Shown piece after piece: positions 1 through 11,552 of a stretch of 64,000 bases of DNA. The notes beneath the pieces were generated by a model, which did not search any database, was not told the origin of the DNA, and saw only the letters and a program-made list of their open reading frames with translations. Each line of letters starts with the position of its first letter. The first letter of the stretch is position 1. The stretch spans positions 481,883 to 545,882 of the forward strand of contig NMRA01000126.1 in NCBI GenBank assembly GCA_002633005.1, read 5' to 3'. Source of the stretch: Phoronis australis. Taxonomy: Eukaryota; Animalia; Phoronida. Position numbers and translations under genes: made by a program.

Positions 1-152
1 CTGGATCATGTTTTGTGTCCCGTCGGAAGAAAATTTAAATTCGAAAACATCTTCTGAAAACGCACAAAAAAGTGTATTAGTAAAATCTACTGATTTTTAA
101 GTGGTTTTAAAAAACAATCGGTAAACTCACCGATTTTTGTCTCATTACTTTG

Positions 153-480
153 ATACGTGTCTCTTCCGATAAGTTAGTACCTAACGTGCAGACGAGCACT
201 CCAAATTGGAACGCTAAGTCCCGCGTGGTTGCGCTGCACGCGAAACAAGATGGCGGACGACCTTTGGAGCCTGACGACAATAGGTAACCGGACTATATTT
301 GTTCGAGTTGGATGGGACCTAAGGTGTTCCTCTATGCGCAAAAGGTATTTATAACAACGTGACTTTGATGGTTTAGTCGGTGCGAGGCATAATTCGCCGA
401 AAAGCTTCCGGCGTACAGAGCGCCTATAGCCTCTGCATCGCCTCTGGTTCGGGCCAACAGAGGCGATGGTCATTGCCTAG
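153..480. mobile_element. Non-autonomous repeat copy (blocks A+B) with an 11-bp hairpin at 436-468
   Basis: 153-290 and 317-430 are diverged reverse complements of 1418-1562 and 1640-1756. Hairpin CATCGCCTCTG/CAGAGGCGATG followed by CTAG at 477-480. Confidence 0.65.
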
Positions 481-677
481 CTAATGTCTAGCCAGGTCAC
501 CACCAGGTGATTAAAAGTTTCTCAAACTTAGCCGAGATAGGAGAGAATATAATTTACGTCGCGGGGTAAAAGTAAATATGTGTATTCTATTGTTGTTTTA
601 CGAATGGTTCATGTCCTTGCAGCTCGGTATGAGGAGCGTAAACACCAATAAATAACCATTTTTATCGAATAACCTAC

Positions 678-704
678 CGCCGCCGCCAGCTTGAAGGAAG
701 CCAT
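678..704 (-). CDS. Putative first coding exon (MASFKLAAA) of a divergent gene continuing beyond the window start
   Basis: Minus strand reads atcATGGCTTCCTTCAAGCTGGCGGCGGCG|gtaggt: good start context, 27 nt, phase-0 GT donor. It lies head-to-head about 300 bp from the MRPS6 ATG, with ETS-like motifs (CAGGAAAT, CCGGATG) just upstream. No downstream exon was identified, so identity is unknown. Confidence 0.4.
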
Positions 705-1004
705 GATGAACAGGAAATGCCCGGATGAAGGGCCTCTAAATTGAGAATTTTCAAAAGTAAAATTTTATTTTTAAATTTTGAAAACAAAGGATAGAAGCTG
801 GTCAAACGTTATTAAAATAAAATAATCAGGTGATTTTATGAGCATTTTGGAAAATTTAAAATTCTTGCTTTCCTTTGGTAAACATAAATAAATCTCTCAA
901 GTTATTATTTTCAACTCCCTTGTGTGGTTGCAAAATATTAAGATTAACATGCCGATGATGGCAACGTGAAGACTGCAACTTGTGTTGCATGAAAACTTTA
1001 GATC

Positions 1005-1049
1005 ATGCCTGCGTACGAGCTTGTAATGATATGTAGAAACCTTAAGCGG
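1005..1049 (+). CDS. MRPS6: Mitochondrial ribosomal protein S6, coding exon 1 (MPAYELVMICRNLKR)
   Basis: ATG at 1005, 15 codons, then donor gtatgt at 1050. Matches the MPxYEL N-terminus of bS6m (human MPRYELALILKAMQR). Confidence 0.92.
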
Positions 1050-1379
1050 GTATGTTATAAAATGTTGATGGATGTGAATTATGAATGTCCTGAGAATCTA
1101 CCTAAGTTAGCACCTGTAGATTGTAGAAAACCAGGGCAGAGGGTCACACATGGTCACTGACAGTGACAGTGTCACTGGTCTGATAGTGATGGTGATAAGT
1201 TAAGACTTGAGTAAGACAGTGTTCAGTGGCAGTGCTGACAGTCGTGGCTGTCTACTAGTACTCATGTATATTACAGACGAGTTACATGTCTACTAGTACT
1301 GACCGCTACTGCCATGGCACTGGCAATTACATCTATAAGTATGTACACTCTCATAAAATGTTACTAATCTCAAAATATC

Positions 1380-1756
1380 CTTGACCTTGACCTTGACTCC
1401 TTGCCAAGGTCCTTGGCCTGGGATACCTATCACCATCAGGCTCAGTCCAATGGTCATCCGCCATCTTCTTTCATGTGCAGCGCAGCCACGCGGGATTAGC
1501 GTTCCAATCTGGAGTGCTCATCTGCTTGTTAGGTACTAACCTCTTGGGAGAGACATGCATCTATTCTATTGCATTTGTTGAACGTTCTCGTGTGGGCTAC
1601 CTTTACTCATAAGCGTGGACAGACAGTGATCATCAGTGGAGCTCCTATAGGAGCTTCATACGCCGGAAGCTTTTCGGCAAATTATGCCTCACACTGACTT
1701 AAACATCAATGCCACATTGTTATAAATACCTTTTGTGCATAGAGGAACACCTTAGG
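1380..1756. mobile_element. Second, inverted and permuted copy of the same repeat in MRPS6 intron 1
   Basis: Homology to 153-430 on the opposite strand. Has a CCTTGACCTTGACC motif, GGACAGACAG, and the perfect palindrome AGCTCCTATAGGAGCT at 1640-1655. Confidence 0.65.
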
Positions 1757-2098
1757 AGGCCGTCGATGTATTTAATTCTTTCCAATTCGAAGAAATACTC
1801 CCATTATCAATTTTTTTCTTTGAGCAGTCCATCACTCATTTCCCGAAATCGTAAACTTGCCATTTCTAACACTGCATGCAGCAGATGGTATGACGTCATA
1901 TCCCCTGGTGTGCGCAGTGTAAAAATGTCGAGTTACTGATTTTGGGAACTGAACGAGGGACTGCTCGAAGAAAAAGCTTTACAGGAGTATTTGTTGGAGT
2001 TGGAAGGAATTTATTTCACTATATTGCATTGTCACATAACCCAGCATGACATAATTAAAAATAAGAGATCACGCAATAAAACGCAAATGCAATTTGGG

Positions 2099-2101
2099 TA
2101 T

Positions 2102-2132
<31 letters not shown>

Positions 2133-2134
2133 TT
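2099..2134. repeat. (TATT)n microsatellite
   Basis: About 9 perfect tetranucleotide units. Confidence 0.95.
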
Positions 2135-4036
2135 CATGGTTACTGAAGCCTGTTAAAGGTAAAAAAGTTCAAACAATATGACATTGGTTAATTTTTTAAA
2201 ACTGTATCGAGGTCTAATGATCAACTTCCGCCATCCATGTCTCGCAGGGTTTCAGTTCTGTTTTGGCTGGCAAAGTGTTGACAGGTATGTGTTGGGGCCA
2301 ATTTTTGCTTGGTTCACAGATCAGAAAACCAGTCAATTTTTTCATTGGTTTTTTGATGACAGCATGTGAACACATGATAAGCTAGGGCTTCATAGTATTT
2401 GTTGAGTTTCTCATTAATGTTAGTTGCAATGTCAGCACTAATTTCACCTATGCCGTTGGATACACACAATGTGTCTGCAACAAAGCTCATTAATTGACCT
2501 TTTGCAAGCTTCGCCCCCTTGCAAATTGTCGACAAACAAACTATAAGTTTTACCCGGCAACATGTTTTTCGGGTAAAATGGCGGCTTGGAAACGAAGGTG
2601 TGTCAAGAATGTTGCGTTCTGATTGGTCACTTAAGCCATCACTCTAATTCGTGGTGATAGGTAAATTCCGCCTTCTGGATACGTTCAGGCTATTTTTTCA
2701 GGCTGAGAAGTGATTACGTAGTTCTCCCATAACTCTCCATGTGGTTACTAGTTTACTCTATTGCTATTATTGTGTGTACAGGCCCAGAAAGCCTAATATT
2801 GACCCTATACTTTGGTTCCCCGCTTTCAGTTTCCAGCATAATGAAGTACTGCACGGTGCGCAGACTAGATGAACAAGAGAGAAAATGAGTTACGGGTTAC
2901 GGTTGACAGTAGTACAGTTTAGTTATGATACCAGTCTTGAAAAAGTCGATCATAGGTCACGGTTAATGTGAAGACAGTAGACTTCCAATGCTGTCACAAG
3001 GCAGTTCAGTTATGATGCCACTTTTGTCCTAAGTTGCTACTTATAGATTACCAATCAAAATTCTCACTTGGTCTCAATACAGGAATAATAACAGCAATAC
3101 CACCCCTGTCACCATGTTTTACAAGTGATACAGGCACACACAGCACTAAACCATGGGTCTAAACCTTGATGCAGCCATAACTACAAACCAAACTACAAGG
3201 TTCTGAAATGTCAAACACAATTTTCAGGCACACTTGCAAAATGATATCAATGTTATGTAAAAACACTAAATTTGTATGCGTTCCTTCTCTTACAACCATG
3301 GCTGAAAAAGAAAAGCATTACTAGTGTTTTGAACTGTGTGTTTTCACGGTATATAGAATTTGATGTAGAAACCAATTATTTGTACCAGATGTCCTGGTGA
3401 TGGGATTCCTCAACCAAATAATATCACCGTCACCTAAAAAAAATGTGTATTCTCCGTAGCCTGTATATTTAGCCAAATCTACATTGTAACTCTCGTCAAT
3501 AAAAGTTTTTTTATTTTTTGGGAGTAGAAAGCCTGTAGGATTTGATGTTTGCATGACTATATAGCAATCTGCTAATAACCAAGTCACATGACTATGTCTT
3601 CGTGAATTTTAGCAAAAAAGAAATGTAAATCCTTAAGAAAATAACGATATAAATAACATAAAATAACCAAATTTTGTTTGGTTTAAATGTTCCCAGTGAA
3701 ATCTCATAATCGCTGTTTTGGTTTTTTAAATTCCCATTTCATTTTATGCAACCTTTTATTTTTCATTAAAAATCATAATTCCCCATCTTTGATAGACCCT
3801 CATGCAATAGTGGAACATTTTAAAAACAACAGAACAATGCATAATGTATGGTGTCTGAAATTTTCATTTAAATTCGATCAGCCATTTGTGAGATATGATG
3901 CTCCAAACTTTGCCAAATTTTTTAAGGATAAACAGTCATAATGGCTGTTAGTTGTTTGTTTGTATTCCGCCATAATTTATACTAAGCATTTGTCTCTATT
4001 AGAACGATGGTTATTTTTGGATTTTTTTGTTTGTAG

Positions 4037-4176
4037 CCAGAACTATCGCAAGTAGTGAAAAGGGCGTGTCAAGCTGTCCTAGATCGTGAAGGACTGATCC
4101 AGTCGATTGTCAACCTCGGAGCTAGAACACTACCTTACAAGATGAAGAGTCATGACCAAGTTTTTAGCCAGGGCCA
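4037..4176 (+). CDS. MRPS6: MRPS6 coding exon 2 (PELSQVVKRACQAVLDREGLIQSIVNLGARTLPYKMKSHDQVFSQG)
   Basis: Acceptor tttgtttgtag (ends 4036), donor gtatgt at 4177. Carries the NLGxRxLPY signature of ribosomal S6. 140 nt, phase 0 to 2. Confidence 0.95.
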
Positions 4177-5707
4177 GTATGTGATTTATAAGTGTGTTAT
4201 TATTGAATCAGTTTTGCAGCAGTGTGGTGGCCATATGTAATCGTTGTTTCTTGGCATAACTGGGTATGCCTCATTCTGTAACACTGTACACTCTCATGTG
4301 TAAAGTATGGCGATATATTGGGAAGACATTTGGAGGTGCAATAAACCTTACGTGTCCAAAACAACAGGATTTAGATGACTTAAAATGATACTAAACCTGG
4401 ATTTTGGCTATTAACGTATATTTACTTTAATTTAACATTGATATCTTTAAAACAAAACACTGCTGTGTAGATTTTCGCCAATCCTTAATGTGTCGAGACA
4501 CAGAATCTATTTTGTGATACAGTGAGGACAGGGCCTTAACTGAGCAATACTTTTTCCAGGTAAAATCACCAAAACGTGATCTAGTATCCTTCTAACATTA
4601 AATTCTGGTCTTGTGCCTTACCCAGATTAAGAGTGATTTCTCAGCTTGTGAAGATTTGGCAGTTAGTCTATTAGAGCAGGCTTATAAGTTGTGGTCTCAG
4701 CGGATTAGTTACAGCTGAAGATATAGTATGGCCATCCAGGAATCCAGGCGTTTCATATTGATACAGCAACAATGTTTAATTCAAACAAAGGTTAATTATG
4801 CTATGGCATTACTTTGGAAGAGAAAATTTGCCTGTGCAAATTCGTATTTGATTACAGAACATGATTTTTAATGACTAAGTATTCATTGCTTTTAGTCAAG
4901 GTTATCAATTAAGCAAGCAGTTTTTTTGGTGTGCATGTGTGCTTGTGCGAGTTCATTGTGCTGAACTTCAAGCCTCTGTGTCTTCTAAACCACTTGGACG
5001 AGCTTTATAAATTTGGAAAAGCTGTATTCTTGTATCATGAAGGGGACGCTCCCACTAATTTTGAGATGAATGTGTCTTGTACTACCCCCCTCTGGTGGGA
5101 ATTTTCATTTTGTATGCCTGCCTAGTCACGATCTACCAATATGCATCAAAGAGGAAAGTAACCGTTTTAGATGTTGCGTTTAGAGTACGTACACTGGTTA
5201 TCATGGAAATACATTTTCCATATTAATTAGTGCTCCCCTACCATGTACTTACCATCCATGAAATAGTAGAAAGGCCCAGATATAAACAAACCAACTAAAG
5301 GTTGGTTTTGCTTTCATTGCTGTTGAGGAAACATAATGTTTCACTCTCTCTCTTGTTTGCTCAGTAGAAGTTAATGCAGAACTGAGATGTTGGTCCTTTG
5401 TCAGGCCATTGACATCACTTCCTATCGTTCCATGGGTTGTGCACACTCGCCCAAGGAAAAGTGATGAACATGGAAAAACGCATCTACAAGATAACCAGGG
5501 ATCTTCAATTTTATGAAAAATGACACCGGAAATGGTTTCTTTCCCCTTCAATTTAAGGCCCTGATGGAACTTAGCATGGGTATGACTGTGCATTGGTGAG
5601 ACACCTCACCTTAAAATTTTCTGGTGAATTCCAACTCTGCAGCACACTTTGTTGGCATTTTAATTTCATTGCTTTAAATTTTAAGTAGATATTTTCTTAT
5701 ATTTCAG

Positions 5708-5918
5708 CTATGTGATTGTAAACTTTGATAGTCCACCCAATAAAATACGAGACCTCAAAAGCCATCTTCGAAGGGACACTGACATTATTAAACCCAATGT
5801 GTTGCGGACAGAGGTGGAACAGCCGAGACCATGCGACACTGGCCCCTGTCTATGGGGAATACTGCCGGATGATGTGAACAGGCAGTTGAAGAACTCGGCT
5901 GTATTCAAAAAGGTATAG
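5708..5918 (+). CDS. MRPS6: MRPS6 coding exon 3 (HYVIVNFDSPP...HLRRDTDIIKPNVL...KKV*)
   Basis: Acceptor atatttcag (ends 5707). Phase joins exon 2 (CA|C = His). The Y..V.F..P and HL.RD.D.I motifs match S6. Total CDS is 396 nt. Confidence 0.93.
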
Positions 5919-7013
5919 ACATGACCATGTGCTTGTATTCTGGGGATACGCATCTGTGTGGCTCTGAACATTATGATGGAGTTACGAGTTGCATTCAAGT
6001 TTTGGAAATTAACACCCAGGTAATTTGGAAGGATGTGTCGTGTTGGAAGTTGTGTTGGTTTGGCGTTCTGTTCTGAATACCATGTCTTGGGATACCTGTC
6101 GTTTTGGCTCATGTTCAGTTCGGTTATCTGCTGTGGGTAGATTTTTAAAAGCATTGGAAATATGCTTTTGGTGTTGTCTTCATGCAAACTTCATTGACTC
6201 TATGAGATACTATGGCTTATCCATAGTTGCGTTGAAAAATCAAATTATGAACAGTAGGATTCAACCTATGTTTGCATCCCTAGTTGAAAATCTCAGATAA
6301 TGCGAGGAACTACCATGGTCCAGATTTAGGAGTACGATACCTGTTGTATCTAGCTTTGCCAGCAGTTTTCATTTTGCTCACCAGATGGTGCTGGGAGTCT
6401 TGCATATTATGTTCATATTACTAAACAAATGACTCAGAATATTCATTACTGTTGTGCACTGCTGTGATTAATCATGTACTTCTATAATGAATTTTTATAA
6501 GTCCGTGAATTAACTAGCTATCAGACTTTTTCAACAATGACACTTGTGGAAGACCTGGGACCTGTTTCTCTATTGGCTTTTATCTTTCAACTTTAAGCAA
6601 AAGTCAGAAATCTAACTATCGATTGCCAATTGTTAATTTTGTTCTTTTGTGTTTGTCGAAATATTTCATCTTCTATCTAGTCAAACAGACTACGGATTTC
6701 TGTCTTTTGACTTTGAGTTGTTCTCTTGTTTCCTGACTTACAGCCTGATCGTTTTTCGTAGATTGAATTTTAGCCAATAGACTCAAGGAGAGCGAGAAAA
6801 AGGCCTCAGGTGATAAAGTGTGTTGTAGACTACGGTGTGTCACGCTACACAAGTCATTTTATGTCATTTTACTTGTAAATTGATGAATTGGAAATCAGAA
6901 TAAACAAAAAAATGTTACCTAATGTGAAGTTTATTGTCCAATTTGTTAATTATACGTTGAAGAAAATGTTACAGAAAATGTGTGACTTGGTGCATGACCT
7001 TTACAATTAGCCA

Positions 7014-8586
7014 TTTTTATGTGCCCACATATAAATATGTGGGCACATATTGCCATCATCTCTGTCTCCTAAACCCCTCACAGGATCTTGATGAAATTTG
7101 GTAGATGTGTTCCTATGATGCTGACGATGGATGACGACAAATTTCGGACCTATCCGACTGCAGGTGTTCCCCCCAAGTGGCAATTTTAGTTTTTTTACGC
7201 TTTCCTCTGTATCTTCGGAGGTCCTCTTCATAAAATTTGGCAGTTAGGCATCTATTAGAGAGATGACGCTATCCTCCTCTTTTCGGATGGATTCGAGGTA
7301 TTTTACCTAGTGACCATTTTTACTGTTTTCGAGTCTTTTGGCCCTTCTGTCAACCAACCACCCTAAGGATGATTGTGAAAATTGGCGTATATCTCGAGGT
7401 ACCTAAACTACACGATCAACGGACTCATAAACACGGGCACAGACGCATGAGCACGACTCACAGACTTGCAAACACCGTCCACTGATTCACAAACACGGGA
7501 ACGGACTCACAAAACACGATCCACGCACCCAAATACATGGGACACGGACTCATATTCACGAGGAAACACGGTTAACGGATCGCCAAACACGGGTCACGGA
7601 CTAATCGGCTTCCTGGGTCAGCTGACATCTTCATTTTGTCCGTAAACCGTGTTTGGCGGTCTGTTTACCGTGTTTCCTCGTGAATATGAGTCCGTGTCCC
7701 GTGTATTTGGGTGCGTGGATCGTGTTTTGTGAGTCAGTTCCCGTGTTTGGGAGTCGGTGGACCGTGTTTGCAGGTTCGTGCCAGTGTTTATGAGTCCGTT
7801 GACCGTGTAGTTTAGGTACCTTGTATCTTCCTACTGTGAAGAAGACGGCTAACAATAATTTTCCGATGACTTCAAATACTGTGGCGCCTCCTAGTGGCAG
7901 TTTTGTTTGTTTTTGCTCCCATGGCTGTATCTCCTCAATGCTCTACAGGATCTTTATTAAATTTGAGCAAGTGTATTTATATGAAGTTGGCAACAGACGT
8001 CGACGACTTTCTTCAGACGATTTCGACAAACACTGTGCCCCCTATTGCATTTTAATTTTTTTGGATTCTTATGAAATTTGGTAAATAGTTTTCTGTTGAA
8101 ACAATGACATGTTCTTGTTTTCAGATGGATTTGACGTATTTTGTGCCATCTGGTGGCCATTTTTCTGTTTTGTAGTCTGTTTTTGCGTCTGCCCCACTAT
8201 CAGCCATATCACTCTAAGTATGATTGTGAAAATTGGCATATATGGTCTTTTTGTGAAGAGGATGGTTGATGATGATTTTCCGATGACTTTGACTACTGTG
8301 CCGCCTCCTAGTGGCAGTTATGTTTTTTGCATCCATAGCCCCCTAGTGGCAATTTCGTTTTTTTTTTTCGTTTTCCTCTGTTTCTCTAAAATTCCTTGAT
8401 GGATTTTGGATATTTGGTAAATAGCTTTATATTAAAGAACCGATGATAAGTTCCCATTTTTGGCTGGATTTGACTTATTTTGCACCATCTAGTGGCCATT
8501 TCTGTGATACAGATAAACACCCCTAGAAGCACACCATTTGCAGTGTCTTCTTGGGCGTATTTCAACGCTTCGCGTTGCTCTTGTGT
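7014..8586 (+). mobile_element. Helentron-associated (HINE/DINE-1-like) non-autonomous element with internal diverged tandem units
   Basis: Starts with a T-run plus a 15-bp perfect hairpin (7018-7049). Recurring internal units carry AAATTTGG...CCxCCTAGTGGC. Ends with the subterminal inverted repeat TGGGCGTAT, the hairpin CAACGC-TTC-GCGTTG (8563-8577) and CTCTTGT. Family assignment is from structure only. Confidence 0.65.
7395..7823. mobile_element. Foldback-type MITE (about 200-bp inverted arms of ACACGG-rich subrepeats), 5-bp TSD TATCT
   Basis: Termini CGAGGTACCTAAACTACACG / CGTGTAGTTTAGGTACCTTG. Long inverted arms around a spacer of about 35 bp. TATCT at 7390-7394 and 7824-7828. Confidence 0.85.
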
Positions 8587-8885
8587 AAGACACAAGCTGC
8601 CGTGGTTAAAGTTCCCAATTGACCACCACCCCTAATGTCACTTGTTGGCTGTTTGGTTAGGCCAAAGAGAGCATGCTTGGTTCAGGTCTGCACCTGCATC
8701 ATTTTTGCAGCTTCTGTTAAATACTCATATCAGGTGAATTTTGTGAAAAAAAGGAAAAGGTTGGATTGTTATAAAAAGAAAAAGCGTTGACACACCACTT
8801 TGGCTGATATGAACTGAAATTTTGTTTTTAAAAAATTAAACAATTAAAGAATTTCAAAACAATCATAGATCAAAACAGAATGTGC

Positions 8886-9080
8886 TTTTTATGCACCATA
8901 TATTTATAGGTGGGTGCATTATGCTGTCATCCCTGTTTAGTGTTCGTCCAGTGGCTGCTGCTGTATCTTCAAAACCCCTTGGATGGGTGTTATCAAAATT
9001 TTTCGGACATGTGTCTTTAATGGATAGGATTGCGTGAGCAAATTTTCGGATGTATCTAACTACCTATGTGAAGTTTCGTT
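8886..9080 (+). mobile_element. Truncated 5' fragment of the same HINE-like family
   Basis: TTTTTATGCACC...GGTGCAT hairpin followed by TGCTGTCATC, as at 7018 and 47418. 3' boundary approximate. Confidence 0.5.
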
Positions 9081-10232
9081 ATCAGTGCTTGATTTGGCAA
9101 TCTGCAGGTCGCCAATGCAACCTCAGATTGTGTTTGGCTACCTGGGAAAAATTCAAGGTCACCACGAGGTCACCACTGCGAGTATTAAAGTCAGATAATA
9201 ATCTAAATTCGTCCCAAAGTTTGGTGTTGACTTCCAAACTTTAACTTACTAATAGTTTTCTTAGATTTATTACCTTTTTATTCACAATTGTTCTGGGCAT
9301 GTCATGAATTCAGCACATTTGCCACCACATTTAAGTAACAACAGGAAGTAAACAGACACAAGTTGGAATTGTTCGACAAAAACGGGTATGATCGGCAAAG
9401 TTCGCGCCATCAGCCCATGCGGTCGTCTGCGTCGCATACCTGTACAACATCCGTGGTCAAGAGAAATAATTGAGTTAGGCATGAACGTACGTAGCTGTAC
9501 GGCGGATATTAGAGAAGCACAAAACACTGTATGCCGTTAGAACCATATAGCGTTTTTTCTTTTGGTCAACAAAAATTCACGTGAAATAGGGAACCTCAGT
9601 ATTTATCAGCTGCGAAGATTTTCAGTTTTTGGCGACCAGGGATTTTTGCCAGACCGCCAAATGCGACATGATGTTTAGCTAAGCATCCAGTAATGATTAT
9701 GAAGATAGGCATGTGTATGTCTTCTAGGAGGTGCATGGTTGGTGATGACTGCTGATAATAATCATGGTGAAGGGTGGCAGGTGTATTCCTATTGAGGAGA
9801 GCATTGCTCACTTGCTTTGCCCACCCTACAGGCTGTTTTAAGTTTACTGGCTTTGCTCCCTCTATTGAAAATGTTCAGAATAATGATCCTCGTATCTGCA
9901 CTATACGCTATGTACACTCTGGGTGCATATCAACACTGTGTTGCTCCTGTTTGGCTGTACAGTTAACATTCAATATGACAGGTCATGTTCCACTTTTTTC
10001 AGTATTCTCTTTCAAGTCTATTGATTTACATCTAGACATAGAATCGTTTGTTTTTCAAATTTGCATGTTATGGACTGAAGAAAGGATGGAATAACAACTA
10101 ATATAAAGGCATTGATTACTACCATTCTGCAACTTAAAGAGATGGTAGTCCGCAGAAGTTTGTTAAATCTGAGTTGAAAATGTAGTCAACCAAAAGTGTA
10201 AACTAAAGGAAACCATTTAAAGTGTTTAAACA

Positions 10233-10238
10233 TTTATT
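10233..10238 (-). promoter_or_regulatory. Candidate PRDM1 polyadenylation signal (3'UTR about 1.3 kb)
   Basis: AATAAA on the minus strand followed by a T/GT-rich tract. The site is not proven by sequence alone. Confidence 0.4.
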
Positions 10239-11552
10239 GTATAAGCATTTCACAACCAATTTGCCAACATAAAACCTTTACTTTGGAATGTACATACCAG
10301 TAAAACACAAGCACCACTGTCACAAAAAGGCATGATTTAAAAAAGTCAAAATAAATAAAACTTCAGACATTTGAAAACTATTAGAAACCAATGGTAGATA
10401 ATTGTAATCTGTCCTTTCTATGTGATTATTAGTGAATAAAACACGTTTCTTTGTTTCTAAAAATGACCTCAGATTTGGACGACCCTTGAGTGATAAAGTT
10501 CAGAAATAAATATTAATATAGGTGTCAAAGCTGAGGAACAATAAAGTGTTCCTACACTAAAGGCAGACAGTCATCTCCTTAAATGGCCAGAGCATGTGAT
10601 TGAGTGGGCACTGTTGTAATCTGCTGTCAATCATCGTGGCAAACATAAATAATATGTACTACATCAGTTTAGACTAAGACCACTCTTCACTCTGGAATAT
10701 AAACCTACTTCTGTCCTAACTGAGTGCTAAGAGAAAAATAGAAATAATTTCAAAATACTTCAACAACCATACCACACCAATATCTGTATCACAATCAGGA
10801 ATGTGCTTGTTTAATCAATGTTATTTACAAACTAATTGAATAATTAACCTGCCAGGCAATTTTCACATTAGGCTTTCCTTGTTCTGCCTATAAACATTTG
10901 ACGGTCATAAATAAAAGTGATGTAGGAAAGATTGAGACAGATCATATGTATACTGCAGGGTAGCAGGTGTGTTTAACTTCTATTTAATTGGATTGAGAAA
11001 AGAATGGAACAGCATGTAACAGACGTTCTTTCTTGTTTATACATCATAACAACGAGTGTCACCCACTTCAATTCATGTGACAGTAAACACTGTCGTGACT
11101 GGTTATATTTACTATTGTCATGGTCAACTTTTACTTGTTTCTGAACCTTCTCAGTATCGCTTTGGTAATTGTAATAATAGAAAAGAAACAACACTTGATC
11201 ACTCCCCTGTGCTGTATCAATAAAGTAGAAATAATTGTAATTCAACACTTGAACTTGTGCAAGGATGTTAGAAGAGCAAAATGTTTGTAAGCATTTGCTT
11301 GATTTTAGACACTTCCTTAACATTTCTGCTGGACTAACTGCTTCATTTGTTTCAAATGAGTTTTTTGGCATCCAAAGTCAATGATTTGTGTTTATACTCT
11401 TCTCATGTAGGACGAGAATGATAAACATGCTAAGTAATACTTGAATAGTTTGCAGAACATTCACCTCAGTTTCTATGGTATAGAGCTGAGATGGTATAGA
11501 GCTAATGGTATAGCGCTGTCTTGTCTGGTGTCCATAATTTAGACTACAAACT

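Noticed and set aside
174-473. 99-aa ORF sharing CYKYLLxIEEHLR with ORF 1709-1939
   Set aside because: The shared peptide simply reflects the DNA repeat. Reading frames are not conserved elsewhere in the copies.
5708-6187. 159-aa minus-strand ORF
   Set aside because: Antisense to MRPS6 exon 3 and its 3'UTR, with no recognisable domain.
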